This document shows positions 41,919 through 52,931 of a stretch of 64,000 nucleotides of DNA, one piece after another (the first letter of the stretch is position 1; each line of letters starts with the position of its first letter). The notes under the pieces are model-generated. The model saw only the letters and a program-made list of their open reading frames with translations, had not been told where the DNA came from and made no database searches. The stretch covers positions 288,001 through 352,000 of the forward strand of contig CAVQBA010000007.1 in the NCBI GenBank assembly GCA_963710605.1, in the 5' to 3' direction. The DNA is from an uncultured cyanobacterium. Its GTDB lineage: Bacteria; Cyanobacteriota; Cyanobacteriia; Cyanobacteriales; Cyanobacteriaceae. Made by a program: the position numbers and the translations under genes.

Positions 41919-43323
41919 ATGAATCAAAAAATACGGATCGAAAAAGATAGTCTAGGTGAGATTGAAGTACCACAAAATCGTTATTGGGGTGCACAGACGC
42001 AACGATCGTTACATCACTTTAGTATCGGTGAAGACATTATGCCGCTCGAAGTTGTTTATGCTTTAGCGATCGTGAAAAAAGCTTCGGCAATCACAAACCA
42101 CGAATTGGGTAAATTGTCAACAGAAAAAAAAGAATTAATTGTTCAAGTAGCTGATGAAATCACAGCAGGAAAACTAAACGATCATTTCCCTCTGTATGTG
42201 TGGATGACAGGTAGCGGTACGCAGAGCAATATGAACGTCAATGAAGTGATTGCTAATCGTGGCATTGAAATAACAGGTGGTGAATTAGGCAGTAAAAATC
42301 CGCTCCATCCTAATGACCATGTTAATATGTCTCAATCTTCTAACGATACTTTTCCTACCGCCATGAATATTGCCGCGGCGATCGCAATTAACGATCGATT
42401 AATACCTAAAGTAACTAAACTAAGAGACGCTTTAAACGAAAAAGCCCAAGAATGGAAAGAGATTATTAAAATTGGTCGGACACATTTACAAGATGCTGTA
42501 CCTTTGAGTTTAGGACAAGAATTTTCAGGTTATGTCGGGATGTTAGATGATAACATAGAGCGAATTCAACAAGCCCTCCCCGGTATTTATCAACTAGCTT
42601 TAGGAGGAACAGCTTTAGGTACAGGAATCAATGCCCCGAAAGGTTTTGCCGAGAAATCAGCCCATCATATCGCTCAACTAACAGATTTACCTTTTGTCTC
42701 TGCACCGAATAAGTTTACCGTAATGGGTTCTCATGACGCTATGGTAATGTTAAGTGCTGTTTTAAAAACCTTAGCAGGTTCGTTGTATAAAATTGCTAAC
42801 GATATTCGTTTACTTGCTTGTGGTCCTAGAGCGGGTTTAAATGAGTTAGAATTACCTGTAAATGAGCCGGGTTCGTCAATTATGCCCGGTAAAGTCAATC
42901 CAACTCAATGTGAAGCTTTAGCAATGGTAGCGGTGCAAGTGATGGGTTATGACAATGCGGTTGCTTTTGCGGGTGCTAGTGGTTATTTAGATATGAATGT
43001 TTATAAACCGATGATGATTTATAATGTTTTGCAATCGATCAAAATTTTAGCTGATAGTTGTAATAACTTTACTGATTTTACAATTAAAGACATCAAAGCT
43101 AATCAAAGTAGAATTAGCGAGTTAGTAAACCAGTCGTTAATGTTAGTAACTGCTCTCAATCCCAAGATTGGTTATGATAAGGCTTCTAAAATTGCTCATT
43201 TAGCCTACGAAAACGATCTTACCCTCAAACAAGCCACAATCGCAGTTAGGTTATCTTAGTGAAGCTGAATTTGATGATTGTATCGATTTACAAAAAATGG
43301 CATACCCACACAACAATGAGTAA
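41919..43323 (+). CDS. fumC: Class II fumarate hydratase, with a 1-nt insertion near 43241
   Basis: [15 protein letters not shown] signature. The expected C-terminus [22 protein letters not shown] lies in another frame and ends at TAA 43321-43323. Confidence 0.95.
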
Positions 43324-43398
43324 TGAGTAAGGAGTAAGGAGTTAAGAGTTAAGAGTTAAGAGTTAAGAGTTAAGAGTTAAGAGTTAAAAGTTAAGAGT
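43317..43398. repeat. STRR array (GAGTAAG/GAGTTAA)n
   Basis: Tandem heptamers beginning at the fumC stop codon. Confidence 0.9.
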
Positions 43399-43461
43399 TG
43401 TATTTGAAGGTAGAGATAATTACTTAATTCTAAATTCTGAATTCTATGCTATATTATTAAT

Positions 43462-43487
43462 AACATCTGAATACACGTTCAGATATT
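43462..43487 (+). promoter_or_regulatory. SmtB/ArsR 12-2-12 operator
   Basis: AACATCTGAATA-CA-CGTTCAGATATT upstream of the metallothionein gene. Confidence 0.88.
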
Positions 43488-43517
43488 CATTTAATTAAAC
43501 AAAGGAGAAAAATTAAG

Positions 43518-43688
43518 ATGGTAGTTGAAACCAAAGAAGTAGTATGTGATTGTGGTTCTTGTTCTTGTAAAGTAGATATGAGCGATGCAATTTTCTCAGA
43601 AGGAAAATATTACTGTTGCCAAAATTGTGCCAATGGTCACATTAATGGTGATAGCTGTAAGCACGATGGTTGTAAATGTGGTGGCTAA
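43518..43688 (+). CDS. smtA: Bacterial metallothionein
   Basis: Not in ORF track. MVVETKEVVCDCGSCSCKVDMSDAIFSEGKYYCCQNCANGHINGDSCKHDGCKCGG (56 aa), with an AAGGAG SD. Confidence 0.95.
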   Translation: MVVETKEVVCDCGSCSCKVDMSDAIFSEGKYYCCQNCANGHINGDSCKHDGCKCGG

Positions 43689-43764
43689 AATTTGAAGTAA
43701 ATTACATTCGTGTAATGATGGATTGATAGTTGGTGTGCAACATGAACAATCACAAAATCAATTA

Positions 43765-44166
43765 TCAATCTACTTCTGCTAAATGTTCCACCACAGCATG
43801 ATATAAGTCTAAGACATGATGATCTAATAGACGATAATAAACTTTTCTGCCTCTTTTTTGATAAGCAACTAAACGCATCACTTTTAATGTTCTTAATTGA
43901 TGAGAGACAGCAGATTCACTCATATTTAATGTAGCGGCTAAGTCACAAACACATAATTCTTGTTGAGCTAAAATCGATAAAATTCGTAAACGGTTAGAGT
44001 CACCTAAAAGACTAAAAAATTCTGCCATTCGTTGGGCTTTTTCTACATCTAAGGTTTGGTTTTGATATGTTTCGATTAAGTCTGATTCGATAATGTGTGG
44101 GCTACAAGAAGCTAAATTGTTAGTATCGGTAGTTATAGGTAAATTTGGTTTGAGTGATTTAGACAC
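43765..44166 (-). CDS. smtB: ArsR/SmtB-family Zn-sensing repressor
   Basis: AQRMAEFFSLLGDSNRLRI, ELCVCDLA, SESAVSHQLR and the alpha5 site DHH...EHLAE. Confidence 0.93.
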   Translation of the reverse strand: MSKSLKPNLPITTDTNNLASCSPHIIESDLIETYQNQTLDVEKAQRMAEFFSLLGDSNRLRILSILAQQELCVCDLAATLNMSESAVSHQLRTLKVMRLVAYQKRGRKVYYRLLDHHVLDLYHAVVEHLAEVD

Positions 44167-44335
44167 TTTTTGTTTTTTGCAGATCGAATATTTACTTAAT
44201 CATTGTAACAACTAACCCTCGATCGACAATGAATTCTTTATTGTATCAAACACCTTTAGTATTATCCAGATGATTACATATCATTATTTCGATCGACATG
44301 ATGAATTAAGTCAAATCATAATTAAGACGTAATTC

Positions 44336-44363
44336 GTAGGGGTAGAATATATTCTACCCTTAC
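44336..44363 (+). repeat. GTAG-type REP palindrome
   Basis: GTAGGGGTAGAATATATTCTACCCTTAC. Confidence 0.7.
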
Positions 44364-44406
44364 CACTTTTTAAGTCATACCAAATTTAAAGAACAAAAGA
44401 ACTAAT

Positions 44407-44440
44407 CCCCCCTAGCCCCCTTAAGTAAGTGGGGAACAAG
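44407..44440 (+). repeat. C/G-rich short dispersed palindromic repeat
   Basis: CCCCCCTAGCCCCCTTAAGTAAGTGGGGAACAAG. Confidence 0.7.
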
Positions 44441-44468
44441 AAAATCGTTAATTACTAATTAATCATTG

Positions 44469-45887
44469 CTAATTATTCCCATTAGTAATTTCTAATTCAA
44501 TACCCACAAAATCACTAATTCTTTCTCCTATTTCTTGTAACTGGCTTTGGTAAAGCAGTTTAGAACTAATATGATATTCATCAATATTACCTAAATAGTT
44601 AGGTACACCAAGATAGATACGAGAGTAAAATTGAATCGGTTTACTTCTAGCAATCGCACCTGCCCTATCATGATATTCTTTAAGTAAAAATGCAGGGATA
44701 AATTTAACGGTGCTAATATTTTCGCTCAAAGACGATTGCTTATCCCATGTAATATTACCAAAAAATTGATGACGAATTCCTAATTTTATCTGACCATCTA
44801 AATCGATCGATAATACTCGTTCAAACTTATGAATAAAAAGAGAAGGAAACAAATACTCTGCTATTGCTAAAAAAGGAAAGATAAAAGCAGTTAATATTAA
44901 TACATAAATACTTGAAAAGATTGAGCCTATCATAAACAGTGTAATAACAAGCCAAAAACAAGGACTGTAATCAAGACGATCGCAATCGGGATAATAAATC
45001 TCTATCTTATCCGAATCTTGTTTTACCTTAACACGATGAGGATAAAATGGAATTTTGCCAAAAGAATCTTTTTCTAAAACGTCTGATTTACCTTCTAAAG
45101 CAGTTTTAGCTGACTGTGCCGACTCAAAACGTTTATCTAAACTAGAAGCAGTCATTTGTTTGAGCCAACGACGAAAATAAGAAGAAAGATTTTTACGATC
45201 GTATTTTATTTGTCCTTGTACAGATGGTAAGCTACTCGGATGAGAACCAGTTAAAGCATAGATAATCGTCATTCCGAGGCTATACAAATCCGATGCACGA
45301 GTTGTCTGCCCTCCAAATTGCTCTAAGGGCATATAACCATAACTACCGACAATAGTAATTGTGCCTTCTGCTTTTTGAGCTACCGTTTGCACCGAACCAA
45401 AATCGACGAGATAAACTTCCCCAACACTATTTCCCGATCGATTAGTGATTAAAATATTACTAGGCTTAATGTCTCGATGTATTACAGGGGGGTTTTGTTG
45501 ATGGAGATAAAGTAATATATCAAGCATTTTCTGAGCAAATTCAATTAACTCTGCTTCAGTAAATCTTCTTCCTCGATCGATAATATTCTGTAAAGAATCA
45601 GCATTGATATAACTTTGCACTAAAGCAAAACCGTGTGTATCTTCAGTTTCAACTTCAAAGTAATCGATATATTGAGGAATAGCAGGATGAGTTAGATTTT
45701 TTAAGATATTTGCTTCTCGCTCAAATAATTTTAAATCATCCCAACCAAAATCATCATTAAAACGTAATATCTTGATTATCACCGAACAGTTATTAATAGT
45801 ATCTTGAGCTAAAAAAGTTGTCCTACCTGATTTGTGACTTAATTGTTGTTCGATTCTGTATTTACTTTTAAGTATTAAATTTTTCAT
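44469..45887 (-). CDS. Hanks-type Ser/Thr protein kinase with C-terminal TM region (paralog 2)
   Basis: VIIK, HRDIKPSN, DFG and GSYGYMPLEQ motifs. Start moved to ATG 45887 (MKNLILK) by alignment with the paralog. Confidence 0.92.
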   Translation of the reverse strand: MKNLILKSKYRIEQQLSHKSGRTTFLAQDTINNCSVIIKILRFNDDFGWDDLKLFEREANILKNLTHPAIPQYIDYFEVETEDTHGFALVQSYINADSLQNIIDRGRRFTEAELIEFAQKMLDILLYLHQQNPPVIHRDIKPSNILITNRSGNSVGEVYLVDFGSVQTVAQKAEGTITIVGSYGYMPLEQFGGQTTRASDLYSLGMTIIYALTGSHPSSLPSVQGQIKYDRKNLSSYFRRWLKQMTASSLDKRFESAQSAKTALEGKSDVLEKDSFGKIPFYPHRVKVKQDSDKIEIYYPDCDRLDYSPCFWLVITLFMIGSIFSSIYVLILTAFIFPFLAIAEYLFPSLFIHKFERVLSIDLDGQIKLGIRHQFFGNITWDKQSSLSENISTVKFIPAFLLKEYHDRAGAIARSKPIQFYSRIYLGVPNYLGNIDEYHISSKLLYQSQLQEIGERISDFVGIELEITNGNN

Positions 45888-45996
45888 ATAGCACTCGTCG
45901 GCAAAAAGGTAAAGGGCAAGTGGTTCAACAATTTTAATCGCAATCGCTCGAATCAATCGTGTAGTAATAGCTTCTAGCTATTTTCGGCTAACAAAA

Positions 45997-46031
45997 ATGA
46001 AACAGCCCTGCTTAAGTAAGGGCGGAACAAG
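45997..46031 (+). mobile_element. IS-like terminal repeat joined to the right half of a dispersed palindrome
   Basis: ATGAAACAGCCCTG|CTTAAGTAAGGGCGGAACAAG; compare the intact repeat at 44407-44440. Confidence 0.55.
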
Positions 46032-46038
46032 ACAATAG

Positions 46039-47469
46039 TTAATTAGAACTTCTTTTAGGATTAGAAGCACTACCACCATTGATAACATCCAATTTAATCC
46101 CAATAAAATTACTAATTTTTTCTCCTAACTCCCATAATTCACTTTGAGAAAGTACACGAGAGGTGAGATGATATTCATCAAATTTACCTGCATAAAGAGA
46201 AACACGAGGATTGACTTTAATTGGATTACTTTTAACGATCGCACCAGTAGAGTCATGATATTCTTGAAGTACAAATGCCGGAATAAATTTAAGCGATCGT
46301 ATATTGTCAGTAAAAGACGAATTTTCATCCCAAATTATTTGACCTGACTTATTACGTACTCCTGATTTAATTACACCATCTAAATCGATCGATAATATAC
46401 GTTCAAACTTTTTGATTAAAAGAGAAGGGAAAAAATGCTCGACTAATTTAACAGCAGGAAAACCATAAATTAAAACGACAAAGAAAAAATCAATTCCCAA
46501 AATACCTGAAACAATAAAGGCACTTACCCAAAAACCAATACCAAAATTAACACGATCGTGATCAGGATAACAAATTTCCATAGTATCCATATCTTGTTTT
46601 ATCTCAGCACGACTATGAGTTAAAGGAATAATTTGCTCGCAAAACTCTGTATCTGTTTCCAAGATAGCCGATTTTGCTTCTAAAGCAGTTTTAGCTAACT
46701 TCACTGACTCATAACGTTTGTCTAAATGAGGATAAGTCATTTTCTTCAGCCAGCGACTAAAACCGTGAGAAAGATGCTCATCATTAAATTGTATTTGCCC
46801 TCTTACCGATGATAGATTATTAGGATGAGAACCAGTTAGAGCATAAATAATCGTCATACCGAGGCTATATAAATCAGATGCGGGGGTAGTTTGCCCACCA
46901 AATTGTTCTAAAGGCATATAACCATAACTACCGACAATAGTAATTGTACCTTCAATCTTTTGAGCGGCTGTTTGCACCGAACCAAAATCAACTAAATAAA
47001 CGTCCCCTATACTATGAGACGATCGATTTGCCATTAAAATATTACTCGGTTTGATATCTCGATGTATTACAGGAGGGTTTTGTTGATGGAGATAAAGTAA
47101 GATATCGAGCATTTTCTGAGCAAATTCAATCAATTCAGATTCACTAAATCTTCTTCCTTGAGTAATAATAGTTTGTAACGACTCAGCAGGGATATAACTT
47201 TGCACCAAAGCAAAACCATGAATATCTTCAGTTTCAACTTCAAAATAATCGATATACTCAGGAATAGCAGAATGAGTTAAATTTTGTAATGTACTTGCTT
47301 CTCGTTCAAATAATTTCAAATCATCCCAACCAAAATCATCATCAAACCTGAGTATTTTGATTACTACAGGGCGATTATTAATCGTGTCTAGGGCGATAAA
47401 AGTTGTTCTGCCTGATTTGTGACTTAATTGTCGTTCGATTTTGTATCGATTTTTAAGTATCGGATTCAT
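46039..47469 (-). CDS. Hanks-type Ser/Thr protein kinase with C-terminal TM region (paralog 1)
   Basis: VVIK, HRDIKPSN, DFG and GSYGYMPLEQ motifs. Confidence 0.93.
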   Translation of the reverse strand: MNPILKNRYKIERQLSHKSGRTTFIALDTINNRPVVIKILRFDDDFGWDDLKLFEREASTLQNLTHSAIPEYIDYFEVETEDIHGFALVQSYIPAESLQTIITQGRRFSESELIEFAQKMLDILLYLHQQNPPVIHRDIKPSNILMANRSSHSIGDVYLVDFGSVQTAAQKIEGTITIVGSYGYMPLEQFGGQTTPASDLYSLGMTIIYALTGSHPNNLSSVRGQIQFNDEHLSHGFSRWLKKMTYPHLDKRYESVKLAKTALEAKSAILETDTEFCEQIIPLTHSRAEIKQDMDTMEICYPDHDRVNFGIGFWVSAFIVSGILGIDFFFVVLIYGFPAVKLVEHFFPSLLIKKFERILSIDLDGVIKSGVRNKSGQIIWDENSSFTDNIRSLKFIPAFVLQEYHDSTGAIVKSNPIKVNPRVSLYAGKFDEYHLTSRVLSQSELWELGEKISNFIGIKLDVINGGSASNPKRSSN

Positions 47470-47784
47470 AATAGTTAACAGTTAAGAGTTGATGTAGTTG
47501 AGTGCATTTAATTCTCACAGAATGACTACAAGGTAAGAATTTATCTCAATTATTTTTTATCCTTAATTTCATTTATACTCAGCCTTAGCTGAAGTAAGTT
47601 GAAGTATCTTTCCTCTCTCACCCTAAATAATAGGCGTAGTTTTTATTATGCCAAATCAACTATTGGTAATTGAGGATTAGCGATCGATTTTTACTAATTT
47701 TTAACAATTGTTTTAGTTTGTGTGGAGAGCGACAAATTTTGTTAACATAAAACAGTGAAATTTTATGCTTAGCTAAGTAGAAAC

Positions 47785-49587
47785 ATGGCGTTAATTGTCC
47801 AAAAGTATGGTGGTAGTTCGGTTGGTACAGTCGATCGCATCAAATCTGTGAGCCAAAGAATTTATCGTACCGCCCAATTAGGGAATCAAGTAGTTGTCGT
47901 CGTTTCGGCTATGGGTAAAACAACCGATGGTTTAGTTAAGTTAGCTAATCAAATTTCATCTAATCCCGATCGTCGGGAAATGGATATGTTACTCTCTACA
48001 GGAGAACAAGTGTCAATCTCTTTACTTAGTATGGCACTCCAAGAATTAGGACAACCCGCAATCTCTTTAACGGGTGCGCAAGTAGGAATTGTGACAGAAG
48101 CACAATATAGCAAAGCACGTATTTTAGAAATAAAACCCGATCGTATCAACAAACAATTACAACAAGGGCAAGTTGTTGTCGTCGCTGGATTTCAAGGCGT
48201 TAGTAACTGCCAAGATTTAGAGATAACTACCCTCGGTAGAGGTGGCTCAGATACATCCGCAGTCGCTTTAGCCGTAGCTATTGGGGCTGATTGTTGCGAG
48301 ATTTATACTGATGTACCTGGTATTTTAACAACTGATCCTCGTATTGTTCCTTCTGCTAAACTAATGGACGAAATAACCGCCGATGAAATGTTGGAGTTAG
48401 CTAGTCTAGGTGCAAAAGTACTTCATCCTCGTGCTGTTGAAATTGCCCGTAATTTTGGTATGCCTTTAGTGGTTAAATCTAGTTGGACGGATGATGCAGG
48501 CACAAAAGTAGTTTCTCCTGCTGATCAAGGAAAATCATTAATCGGACTAGAACTGACAAAAGCCGTGGATGCGGTGGAATTAGACTCAGATCAAGCTAAA
48601 GTTGCCTTACTACGAGTACCAGATCGTCCCGGAGTTGCCGCCCGTCTATTCGGCGAAATAGCTCGTCAGGAAGTTGATGTCGATTTGATTATTCAATCAA
48701 TACATGAAGGTAATAGTAATGATATTGCCTTTACAGTGATCAAAAAAGAATTAAATCGTGCTGAATCTGTGGCGATGGCGATCGCTCCTATACTACATGA
48801 AGATACGACAGATATTTTAGTTGAGAAAAATATTGCCAAAATAGCGATCGCAGGGGCAGGAATGATTGGTCGTCCGGGGATTGCGGCGAAAATGTTTCAA
48901 TCTTTAGCCCAAGCGGGAGTCAATATTCAAATGATTTCTACTTCTGAAGTTAAAGTAAGCTGTTTGGTAGAACAAGAAGAATGCGAAAAAGCAATTAAAG
49001 CTTTATGTGAAGCATTTGAGATTTCTTGCTCTAATATTAACCTCAGAAATAGTAAGAACGAAAATACTATTCTAGTCCCAGTCAGAGGAGTAGCTTTAGA
49101 TCAAAATCAAGCTCAAGTAGCTATTTTGTATGTTCCTGATATACCCGGAATGGCGGCTAAAATATTCACAATATTAGCAGAAGAAAGTATCAGTGTGGAT
49201 ATGATTATTCAATCGCAAAGATGTCGTATAGTTGATAATACTCCTATGCGTGATATTGCATTTACCGTCAATCAAAGTGATGCACCTTTAGCCAAACAAG
49301 TTTTAGAAAAACTGCAATCAGAAATTAAATTTAAAGAAGTAGTAGTTGACTCAAATATAGCTAAAGTTAGTATCGTTGGTTCAGGAATGGTTGGTCGTCC
49401 CGGGATTGCGGCTCAATTTTTTCAGGCTTTAGCGGATGAGAATATCAACATTTATATGATTACTACTTCTGAGATAAAAATCAGTTGTGTGGTAGCCGCC
49501 GATGAAGGTATTAAAGCCCTAAAAGCAGTACACGAAGCTTTTGATTTAGGTGGAGAGACAATACTTGAAGTACCATCAAAGGAATGA
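47785..49587 (+). CDS. lysC: Aspartate kinase (cyanobacterial long multi-ACT type)
   Basis: [27 protein letters not shown] and repeated ACT domains. Confidence 0.97.
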   Translation: MALIVQKYGGSSVGTVDRIKSVSQRIYRTAQLGNQVVVVVSAMGKTTDGLVKLANQISSNPDRREMDMLLSTGEQVSISLLSMALQELGQPAISLTGAQVGIVTEAQYSKARILEIKPDRINKQLQQGQVVVVAGFQGVSNCQDLEITTLGRGGSDTSAVALAVAIGADCCEIYTDVPGILTTDPRIVPSAKLMDEITADEMLELASLGAKVLHPRAVEIARNFGMPLVVKSSWTDDAGTKVVSPADQGKSLIGLELTKAVDAVELDSDQAKVALLRVPDRPGVAARLFGEIARQEVDVDLIIQSIHEGNSNDIAFTVIKKELNRAESVAMAIAPILHEDTTDILVEKNIAKIAIAGAGMIGRPGIAAKMFQSLAQAGVNIQMISTSEVKVSCLVEQEECEKAIKALCEAFEISCSNINLRNSKNENTILVPVRGVALDQNQAQVAILYVPDIPGMAAKIFTILAEESISVDMIIQSQRCRIVDNTPMRDIAFTVNQSDAPLAKQVLEKLQSEIKFKEVVVDSNIAKVSIVGSGMVGRPGIAAQFFQALADENINIYMITTSEIKISCVVAADEGIKALKAVHEAFDLGGETILEVPSKE

Positions 49588-49681
49588 GTAAGAAGTTAAG
49601 AGTTAAGAGTTAAGAGTTAAGAGTTAAAAGTTAGAAGAGATCAATTGTTCATTGTTCATTGTTCATTGTTCATTGTTCATT
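49585..49681. repeat. STRR arrays (GAGTTAA)n and (ATTGTTC)n between convergent genes
   Basis: Tandem heptamers that include both stop codons. Confidence 0.9.
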
Positions 49682-50731
49682 GCCTTGTGTTTGATTTCTG
49701 ATTAATTCTTGTACATGGGCGATCGCACTATTAAGCTCATAATTACGTAAACTAGGATTATTCTCAAAAGCCTCTTGCTCTTGTTTAATCATCTCGATAT
49801 CTTGCTCTATCAAACCTTTTAGTAATCCATTAGCCGCCCCATAGACGCTATTTTTAATCCAGCGACGAAACCAAATAGGTAACTTGTGTAACCGCCAAAA
49901 TGGTTTTAAAGAAGTGAAATGAATTAGATAAGCCTTTGTTTGGGTTTTGCTAATCGGGCAGAAAAGACAACAAATTTTAAACTCTTCTCCTAAAGTAGAA
50001 TGCCAATGAGGATAAGCATAAGTAACTGTTAAAGGCTCAGGATGAAGTTTTCTTAAAGAGGGGAAAAATAATTGTGAAATAGACCAAATTTTATCGATCT
50101 TATAATAACTTTGGGCTTCATACAATACTTCTACAGACTTATTATCGCTATGAATATCTTTTAAAGAAGCTTCTGCCCATGCTTGATAATTATCATGTAA
50201 ATGCCCGTGATACATATCCATCAAATTCTCAATTAAATAAGAAAAATGCCCAGGACAATCGATCGAAGCCATACTACAAATATAGTTAAGATGATCCCAT
50301 TCAGGCATTCCCATTGGTTGAACAACTTCGCTATCTCCATCACCGGGAAACAACCAAATAAAGCCATCTAATTCTTTGACAGGATACGTTTTTAATTGAC
50401 AATTGGGTAACTTTTGTTTCTCGTTTAAATAAGGTACAAAAGCACATTTACCTTCTTGGTTAAAACGCCAACCGTGATATGCACATTCAATCTTGTTATC
50501 AACTACTTTACCTTCACTTAGTTTTACCTGACGATGAGGGCATCTATCTTCAATTGCTTGGATTTCTCCTTGTGTATCTCTAAACAAAACAATTTTTTGA
50601 TACCATATTTCGACGGCGAAGGGTTGCGTTGTCACTTCAGGGCTACTTGCAACGACATACCAGTGATTAAGATTGATTCCGCAATTACGAATGTGTTGTT
50701 TTTGGTTTAGCTGGATCATCAAAATAGCCAA
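49670..50731 (-). CDS. Rieske (2Fe-2S) non-heme iron oxygenase
   Basis: CPH...CAYHGW Rieske motif and ENLMDMYHGHLH iron site. Confidence 0.92.
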   Translation of the reverse strand: MAILMIQLNQKQHIRNCGINLNHWYVVASSPEVTTQPFAVEIWYQKIVLFRDTQGEIQAIEDRCPHRQVKLSEGKVVDNKIECAYHGWRFNQEGKCAFVPYLNEKQKLPNCQLKTYPVKELDGFIWLFPGDGDSEVVQPMGMPEWDHLNYICSMASIDCPGHFSYLIENLMDMYHGHLHDNYQAWAEASLKDIHSDNKSVEVLYEAQSYYKIDKIWSISQLFFPSLRKLHPEPLTVTYAYPHWHSTLGEEFKICCLFCPISKTQTKAYLIHFTSLKPFWRLHKLPIWFRRWIKNSVYGAANGLLKGLIEQDIEMIKQEQEAFENNPSLRNYELNSAIAHVQELIRNQTQGNEQ

Positions 50732-51101
50732 TACAATAAAAAATGAGTAGATGGAAACAGTGTAATTTTTATTTATTTTAGCAAAATTTCGGCTATAAAG
50801 CCTCGTACTTCGACTGATGCCTTTTTTAATCGCTATGACAGATAATTTCTTCTGTGTTTAAGTAAGATAAGGAAAGTTTGCCAAGATATCTAAACTCACT
50901 TATCGACTATTGTCAAAATATTATTTGTTCTTAACTGATTTTTACTTTTATACCTACGTATAACTGAAAGTACTATTTTATCTGAGAATATTTTTTTAAA
51001 ACTAATAATAAAAAGCAAGTATTTTTTTTATATTGTATTTCTTACAAATCTATAATTATAGATTATTTTATTTGTCCAAATTTAATTTAGAGAGAATTTA
51101 C

Positions 51102-52931
51102 TTAATAAATTGTATAGCCATTTCTCCCTTTTTCTTTAGTAATATAAAGTGCTTTATCTGCTTTATTAATTAGGGTATCTACTGTACTACCATGCTCAGG
51201 AAAAATAGCGATACCAATACTTGTTGAAGTTGTGACGATCGTTTTGTTACACACAAAAGGATTATTAATCGACTTAATTATACGCTCAGCAATGGATATA
51301 ACTTGTTGAGTATCAATAATATCAAGTAGTAAAATGACAAATTCATCACCTCCCCAACGGGCAACATAATCTCTTTTCTTGACATTATTTTGTAATCTTT
51401 GAGCAAATTGTTTGAGTATCATATCACCAACATCATGCCCATAATTATCATTGATTTTCTTAAAATAATCTACATCAATAAACATAAATGCTAATGGTGT
51501 ATTTTTTTGATGACTACTTTCTAGGGTTTTAGCAAAAATATTCCGAAAATAATTTCGTTTGTACAAACCTGTTAAACTATCGTGATAGGCTTGATATTTT
51601 AATTCATCTTCTAGTTTTTTGCGTCGGCTGATATCTCTAAAAACACAGCAAAAAATAATTTTTTGATCGTAATTGATTATATTAACACCAAACTCGACAT
51701 CGATCGGTTGATTATATTTTACTTTGAACTTGGCTTCTTCTCGGAAACTCGATCTGGTTTGTTTTAATAATTTTAATTTATATTCAAAATCTACTTTCTT
51801 ATTGATGATAAAAAAATCGATCGAATTACTAGTAATCTCACTAAGAGAATAATTCAACATTCTTGATGATGCGGAATTTGCTTCAATAACTTGTAAATTA
51901 TCGGCATCGAACAATAAAATACCTTCAGAGGTTTGTTCGACAACTGCTCGGTATTTCTCTTCACTATATTTAAGTTGAGATTCTATTTCTTTACGACGAG
52001 TAAAATCAAAAATATAACTTCTAATTAGTTGTAATTCTGGTAAATAATGGATGTATTGTTCAAATACTTTGTCTTGATAAGTAACTTCTCTAACAAAAAG
52101 GTTTCCTTGTATTTTATGTTCGGCTGTTAATAAATTAGAAAGTAGAGGGTGACTCATCGTTTCTTTTTTCAACTCAGGAAATAACAAATTAGCTGAAGGA
52201 TTATAATAAGTTAATGTTCCTTGTAAATTAACTTCAAAAATAGGGTATGGGCTTAATTCGGCAAAAGAAACAACTTTAGAAATATACCCAATAACTTTTT
52301 CATTATCTTTATTAATATTTATTTTTTGATTTTTAAATGGCGAATCTATTAGCGTTTTTTTAGCATAGATATCAGCATTAAAATTATCATCTAGTTGATT
52401 ATCAATATCAGTAAATAATGATTGATTAGTCGAATTTTTATCAATAATAAAAAAGCGAGCTACCGTATTTTTACTTAAGCAAATAATGTCACCATGTTCT
52501 AAGTATTTACTCTGATAATATTTACCATTAATTATAATACCATTTTTGCTTTTTACTCCTGATAAACTACCATCGATTAATTTATAAAAAAACAAGTTAT
52601 TTTCTTGATTATGTTCCTTGAGTAAAGTAGCGTGGTGACGCGATAGTAGCTCGTCTTTAAGGATAATATCGGCATAATCAGAACGACCAATATTGTATAG
52701 TTTTTCTTCGAGATAAACTACATAATTATTATTTTTCTCTTCAATAATTAATACATGAGAATATTCACAATTTCTTTTCAGATTGTCAATTCCAAATACT
52801 TGATAATCAGTTAATATAAGGTTTGATTTTTCAACGTTATTATGTGAACTACTACCATTTCCCTGATTATTAAGTTGTTTATTCTGGGATTTTTTGTCTT
52901 TCATTCTCAATCTGATTAAACGGGATAACAT
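51102..52931 (-). CDS. FHA-PAS-GGDEF diguanylate cyclase
   Basis: IGRS...SRHHA...SKNGI (FHA), PAS domains and RWGGDEF. Start may be the downstream MKDKK ATG. Confidence 0.92.
   Translation of the reverse strand: MLSRLIRLRMKDKKSQNKQLNNQGNGSSSHNNVEKSNLILTDYQVFGIDNLKRNCEYSHVLIIEEKNNNYVVYLEEKLYNIGRSDYADIILKDELLSRHHATLLKEHNQENNLFFYKLIDGSLSGVKSKNGIIINGKYYQSKYLEHGDIICLSKNTVARFFIIDKNSTNQSLFTDIDNQLDDNFNADIYAKKTLIDSPFKNQKININKDNEKVIGYISKVVSFAELSPYPIFEVNLQGTLTYYNPSANLLFPELKKETMSHPLLSNLLTAEHKIQGNLFVREVTYQDKVFEQYIHYLPELQLIRSYIFDFTRRKEIESQLKYSEEKYRAVVEQTSEGILLFDADNLQVIEANSASSRMLNYSLSEITSNSIDFFIINKKVDFEYKLKLLKQTRSSFREEAKFKVKYNQPIDVEFGVNIINYDQKIIFCCVFRDISRRKKLEDELKYQAYHDSLTGLYKRNYFRNIFAKTLESSHQKNTPLAFMFIDVDYFKKINDNYGHDVGDMILKQFAQRLQNNVKKRDYVARWGGDEFVILLLDIIDTQQVISIAERIIKSINNPFVCNKTIVTTSTSIGIAIFPEHGSTVDTLINKADKALYITKEKGRNGYTIY

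Noticed and set aside
41631-41927. 98-aa minus-strand ORF upstream of nrtB
   Set aside because: AT-rich divergent promoter region; no motif or ribosome-binding site.
45888-45956. N-terminal extension of the 44469 kinase in the ORF track
   Set aside because: The paralog starts at the position equivalent to ATG 45887; the extension lies in repeat or IS-relic DNA.
24585-46010. 21-kb composite transposon bounded by the inverted 14-mers
   Set aside because: The flanks differ (no shared target duplication), the interior is housekeeping genes and there is no transposase; better read as two separate remnants.
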